DNA of 63,912 nucleotides, filler included, from Rhabdomonas costata (Eukaryota): NCBI GenBank assembly GCA_019059605.1. It is 13 parts of 13 records of this genome, joined end to end, with 100 filler letters (N's around TTAATTAATTAA, not from the genome) between each part and the next. Parts side by side here need not be neighbours in the genome. Positions count along the whole stretch, not along the records: positions 59,142 to 63,912 come from JAHMHO010000154.1; 12 more parts are not named here. One strand, given 5' to 3'. Both the position numbers and the translations under genes were made by a program. The notes under the pieces are model-generated. The model was not told the origin of the DNA. It ran no database searches and saw only the letters and a list, made by a program, of their open reading frames with translations. Shown one piece after another: positions 60,756-63,912 of this stretch (position 1 is the first letter of the stretch; every line of letters starts with the position of its first letter).

Positions 60756-63700
60756 TCATGGCCTGCGAATCCAGAGATCAGCAAGCTCCTGTCCACCCTC
60801 CAGCACCAGTCCGTGCTCGTTCGCGAGGTGAAGCAGGCTGATGAAGTAGAACGACACCGTAACCTCTTCCGGGGCACCCCTGAAATGGGACCATGCGCGC
60901 AGGCAGCAATCGTCAGGGCTCCGTCTAACATTGCGGTTATGAATGCTTCCAATCCTGAAAAATTTATCATCCGTGTTCGGTCGGTGTTCAGGTGGGCGCG
61001 CCGCTCGGGTTCTGCATCCCTCGCAAGCGCCAGTCCCAAGTCGACAAATCAACCAGGAAAGCTCAGAAGGGCACCCTGTGCGTGTGTGTCTGAAGGAGAG
61101 ATGCGAGGCATACGCATCGGCAACGTCAGCTGCCATGGAGCTGATCAGCTCCGTAAAGCGGAGAGCCGATTGAGGTTGCGCCCTCTGCGAAGTGGGCGGC
61201 CTGAACCAGGTGTGAGACGCACTCACATTCCATATCATTTACTCGTCACAAGGTACACAATCGGTCGCGAACGAAATCCTGCCTTTACAAACAAGTCGCA
61301 GAATCACACTCCGGTATGCAGAAGGGGTCGACATACAGTTCGGGTGTTCCAGCGCATTCTACATACCGATGTAAAAAATCAGCCAAAGCATGCCCATAGA
61401 GGATTGGCGGGTGGGGTGGGTGGTGATTTCCGATTCGATTCGCGCAAAATTTCCAGATGCTGTGCTGTCATTAAGATAGATGCAAAACAAACAGTTTGCA
61501 ACATATGATTGGGGCACGGCTGCCCCTGAACCCTCCTATGTATCAGGCTCTTCTCCTTCACGATTCAGGCAGCAGACACACACACACACACCTGGGCTTC
61601 TCCTTCTCCAGGTGCTCTTCAATTCGAGACCACATGCTGTCCTTCAGCCGCCTGATGTCCACCATCTTCGCAGTCTGCGCAGACCGAACGAGGCGGGAAC
61701 TCTTCAAACTAGGCACACAGTCCAATGCACTCACTGATGGCCGCGCCAATCGAGAGAATAGACGCAAGCAAGCAAAGGAGAAAAGCAAAAAAGATACGGA
61801 CTTCTAAGAAACGTCACCAAGAATGCAGGAACGTGTGCTATGGCTTCCTCGGGGTCCCTGGAAACTGGGATCCTGTGAGATCCTGTGACGGAGACGAGTC
61901 AGAGAACGTAGCCGATCAGTGCATCAACGAAGACGCATGGCTGAGCTATCCTTTGGTGCTTAAAGCAGTCAGGACTCGAGCCTAAGTCCGTCGTTTCTTC
62001 CAGGGTGTGATTTATTAGTTATCACCTTACTCCAATGTCTGAGAGAGGTTGTACCCCGGCGTTTACGACCCAAGCCCCCCCCCCCACGGCCGCCGAAGCG
62101 GAATGCGCAAGAAAGGCGTTGAGCTGAGAAAATGGAAAGGAGAGACGAGCAATGATGTTACCTTTTCGTAGTGCACCTTGGTCTGTGCCGGACGTGCAGG
62201 AGAGGGCACTAGTCCAGCAAAGGCCTGCAAGAACAGGCAGTGAATACGCAAAACTCTCTCCCTCTCTATCTTTCTCGGCTGCTCGAAAGTCCGAAAGCTG
62301 CGCTGTCCTTCTCGAACGTCATGGGCACAGAGCAACCTGCCAAAATTGAGTTAAGAGTACTGAAGGGGGTGGGGGAATTGCCATATGACGTCTTCAGGAT
62401 TTCCCAGGAACTTGACCCAATCTTGATTCCAGAAGCACTCCCACAAGAACAACCGCCGCTACATAACGAGGGTGTGGCATCGTGCATATACCCCAAGACG
62501 GAAAATAGTCCCCATTTCACACCAGTCAAGTAGTATGTCAGGCTTGCGAGAATGACTGGCTGCCCCAGACCAAATCGCTTCCACAATAAGTGGGTGCTTA
62601 ACCACCAAAAGACCTGTGTCGAGACGCTTCTCTGTGTTGGTGCAAGTATTTGTTGAGAGTGAGAATAGACGATTGAGGAGGTGGGGGTGGAGGGTGGAAG
62701 ATCACCGGGGAATTGGACCCAGGACCCAGGCTCAGGCGAGAAGCCGGCCCGCCGGCCGTCATCTCTGCCTCCGCGGCGGTGAAGTCCAGCTGTGGCGGAG
62801 CCTCATCCGCAGCTCCCATCACCGTCGCCGCCACCGCAGGGTCGGGTAGGTCCTCAACCACCACAGGAGCAATAATCTCCACCTCAAACCCACTCGCTAT
62901 TCGCACACCAAAAAGAACAATCTTGCTTTTCTGGGGGCTTTTCAGAGGTTCCCCAACAAGGGTATTCTGAGGTAATCTGAAGATGGTCGCCTCAGAGAAT
63001 CTGTCTCCCAACCGGTAAACGCCCTCACTCACATATTCTTACAAAGACATCCCACACTTCAAGACGCATAGAAGAATGCTCCTTCCTCCGATGGGGATGA
63101 CCTATCTAAACCCAATCCAAACAACACCACACACAAACCGTCATCCATGTCCCCGTTGTCATCGACGTCAACGGCGGTCCCTGGGACGATCCTTTCAGAG
63201 GAGGACGGCAGAGTCCCGGTGTCCCTCGGCTCACGTCGGTACAGTAGCTGCAAAACAGGAGCATACGCGAATGAATGACGGCGAGTTTCGGATGCATAAG
63301 CACCTAAAACCTAAATTTGCCAAATTTTCGAGGGAGCTGAACTGAAGAGTTCAACAGTTCATTGGTCACTTTCCTTCATGATCAGGCAGTTGTCGTCATG
63401 GGAGCACACTTGAACCATGATTCTGTTCAGAGGTGCGTGCTTCAGCTGCCCCGCCCAAAATCAGAAAATCACAGCAGCGGCAGTCTGTGCCGCAAAAAGC
63501 AACAATGCAAGCTGAAAGCTGAAAAGAAAGCCAACGACAAAGAATGCCCCCACCATTCCTCTGGAAATGTGTAAAACAAGACAAGTAACGGGCAGAAGTG
63601 CTGCTCATACGGAAATGATTTCCACACACACACATATTCACATGTCCAGCGTCAAAGGTCCTGCACATGGAACCGCCGCTCATACGTTCCAGTCTGGCGC

Positions 63701-63801
63701 AGCGTGTCCGAAGGGCTGGAACAGCGAGGCCAGCGTGAACGGCCGCGCCTCGGGCAGAACCAAACCGTTCCTCATCGCGCGGAGGAGCTGAGCCTTGGGG
63801 T
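60756..63801 (-). CDS. NCAPH: Condensin I kleisin subunit CAP-H/Cnd2/Barren, C-terminal 7 exons (63686-63801, 63139-63247, 62706-62896, 62162-62224, 61592-61674, 61114-61200, 60756-60879), 5'-partial
   Basis: GLVPSPARPAQTKVHYEK/TAKMVDIRRLKDSMW, LRFTELISSM and VTVSFYFISLLHLANEHGLVLEGGQELADLWI* match the CAP-H C-terminal winged-helix motifs. All six junction phases are consistent. Confidence 0.92.
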
Positions 63802-63912
63802 CTAATACCACAAACGATAAGTGAGTCAGTCCGGGGGAAAACAGCAGCCCAATGGAAACAAACAATTTCTACCCCTTCAGGAGCTTTCAGGAGCTTCTGA
63901 AAACAAACAAAC

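Overview
This is not one locus. It is 13 unrelated contigs of about 4.8 kb joined by 100-nt N-TTAATTAATTAA-N spacers, so no gene-neighbourhood inference across spacers is valid. The DNA is from an intron-rich eukaryote, probably a euglenozoan/euglenid (inferred from GTNYG-type donors, a GC-AG intron and a receptor with periplasmic-binding-protein-like domains). Spliced models are reconstructable for 14-3-3, a PBP-domain receptor, a class-3 lipase C-terminus, DNA primase large subunit C-terminus, a DNAJC11-like protein, an ABHD14-like hydrolase, a UBTD-like protein and condensin CAP-H. There are also an F-box/LRR pseudogene, non-LTR retrotransposon fragments and several decayed ORF islands. Two things stand out. 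(1) The 4.8-kb 'polypurine' contig (34486-39287) is the phiX174 spike-in genome read with C->A and T->G, so it is a sequencing artefact and its 1400-aa ORFs are not real. (2) At 58067-58551 there is a dense cluster of about a dozen strand-specific hairpins, most built from C(GNA)G triloops and/or tandem sheared G.A pairs. A same-architecture hairpin lies in another contig (49593-49623). This is a candidate single-stranded-DNA structural module of an unclassified mobile element. All family assignments come from motif recognition by eye; no searches were run.
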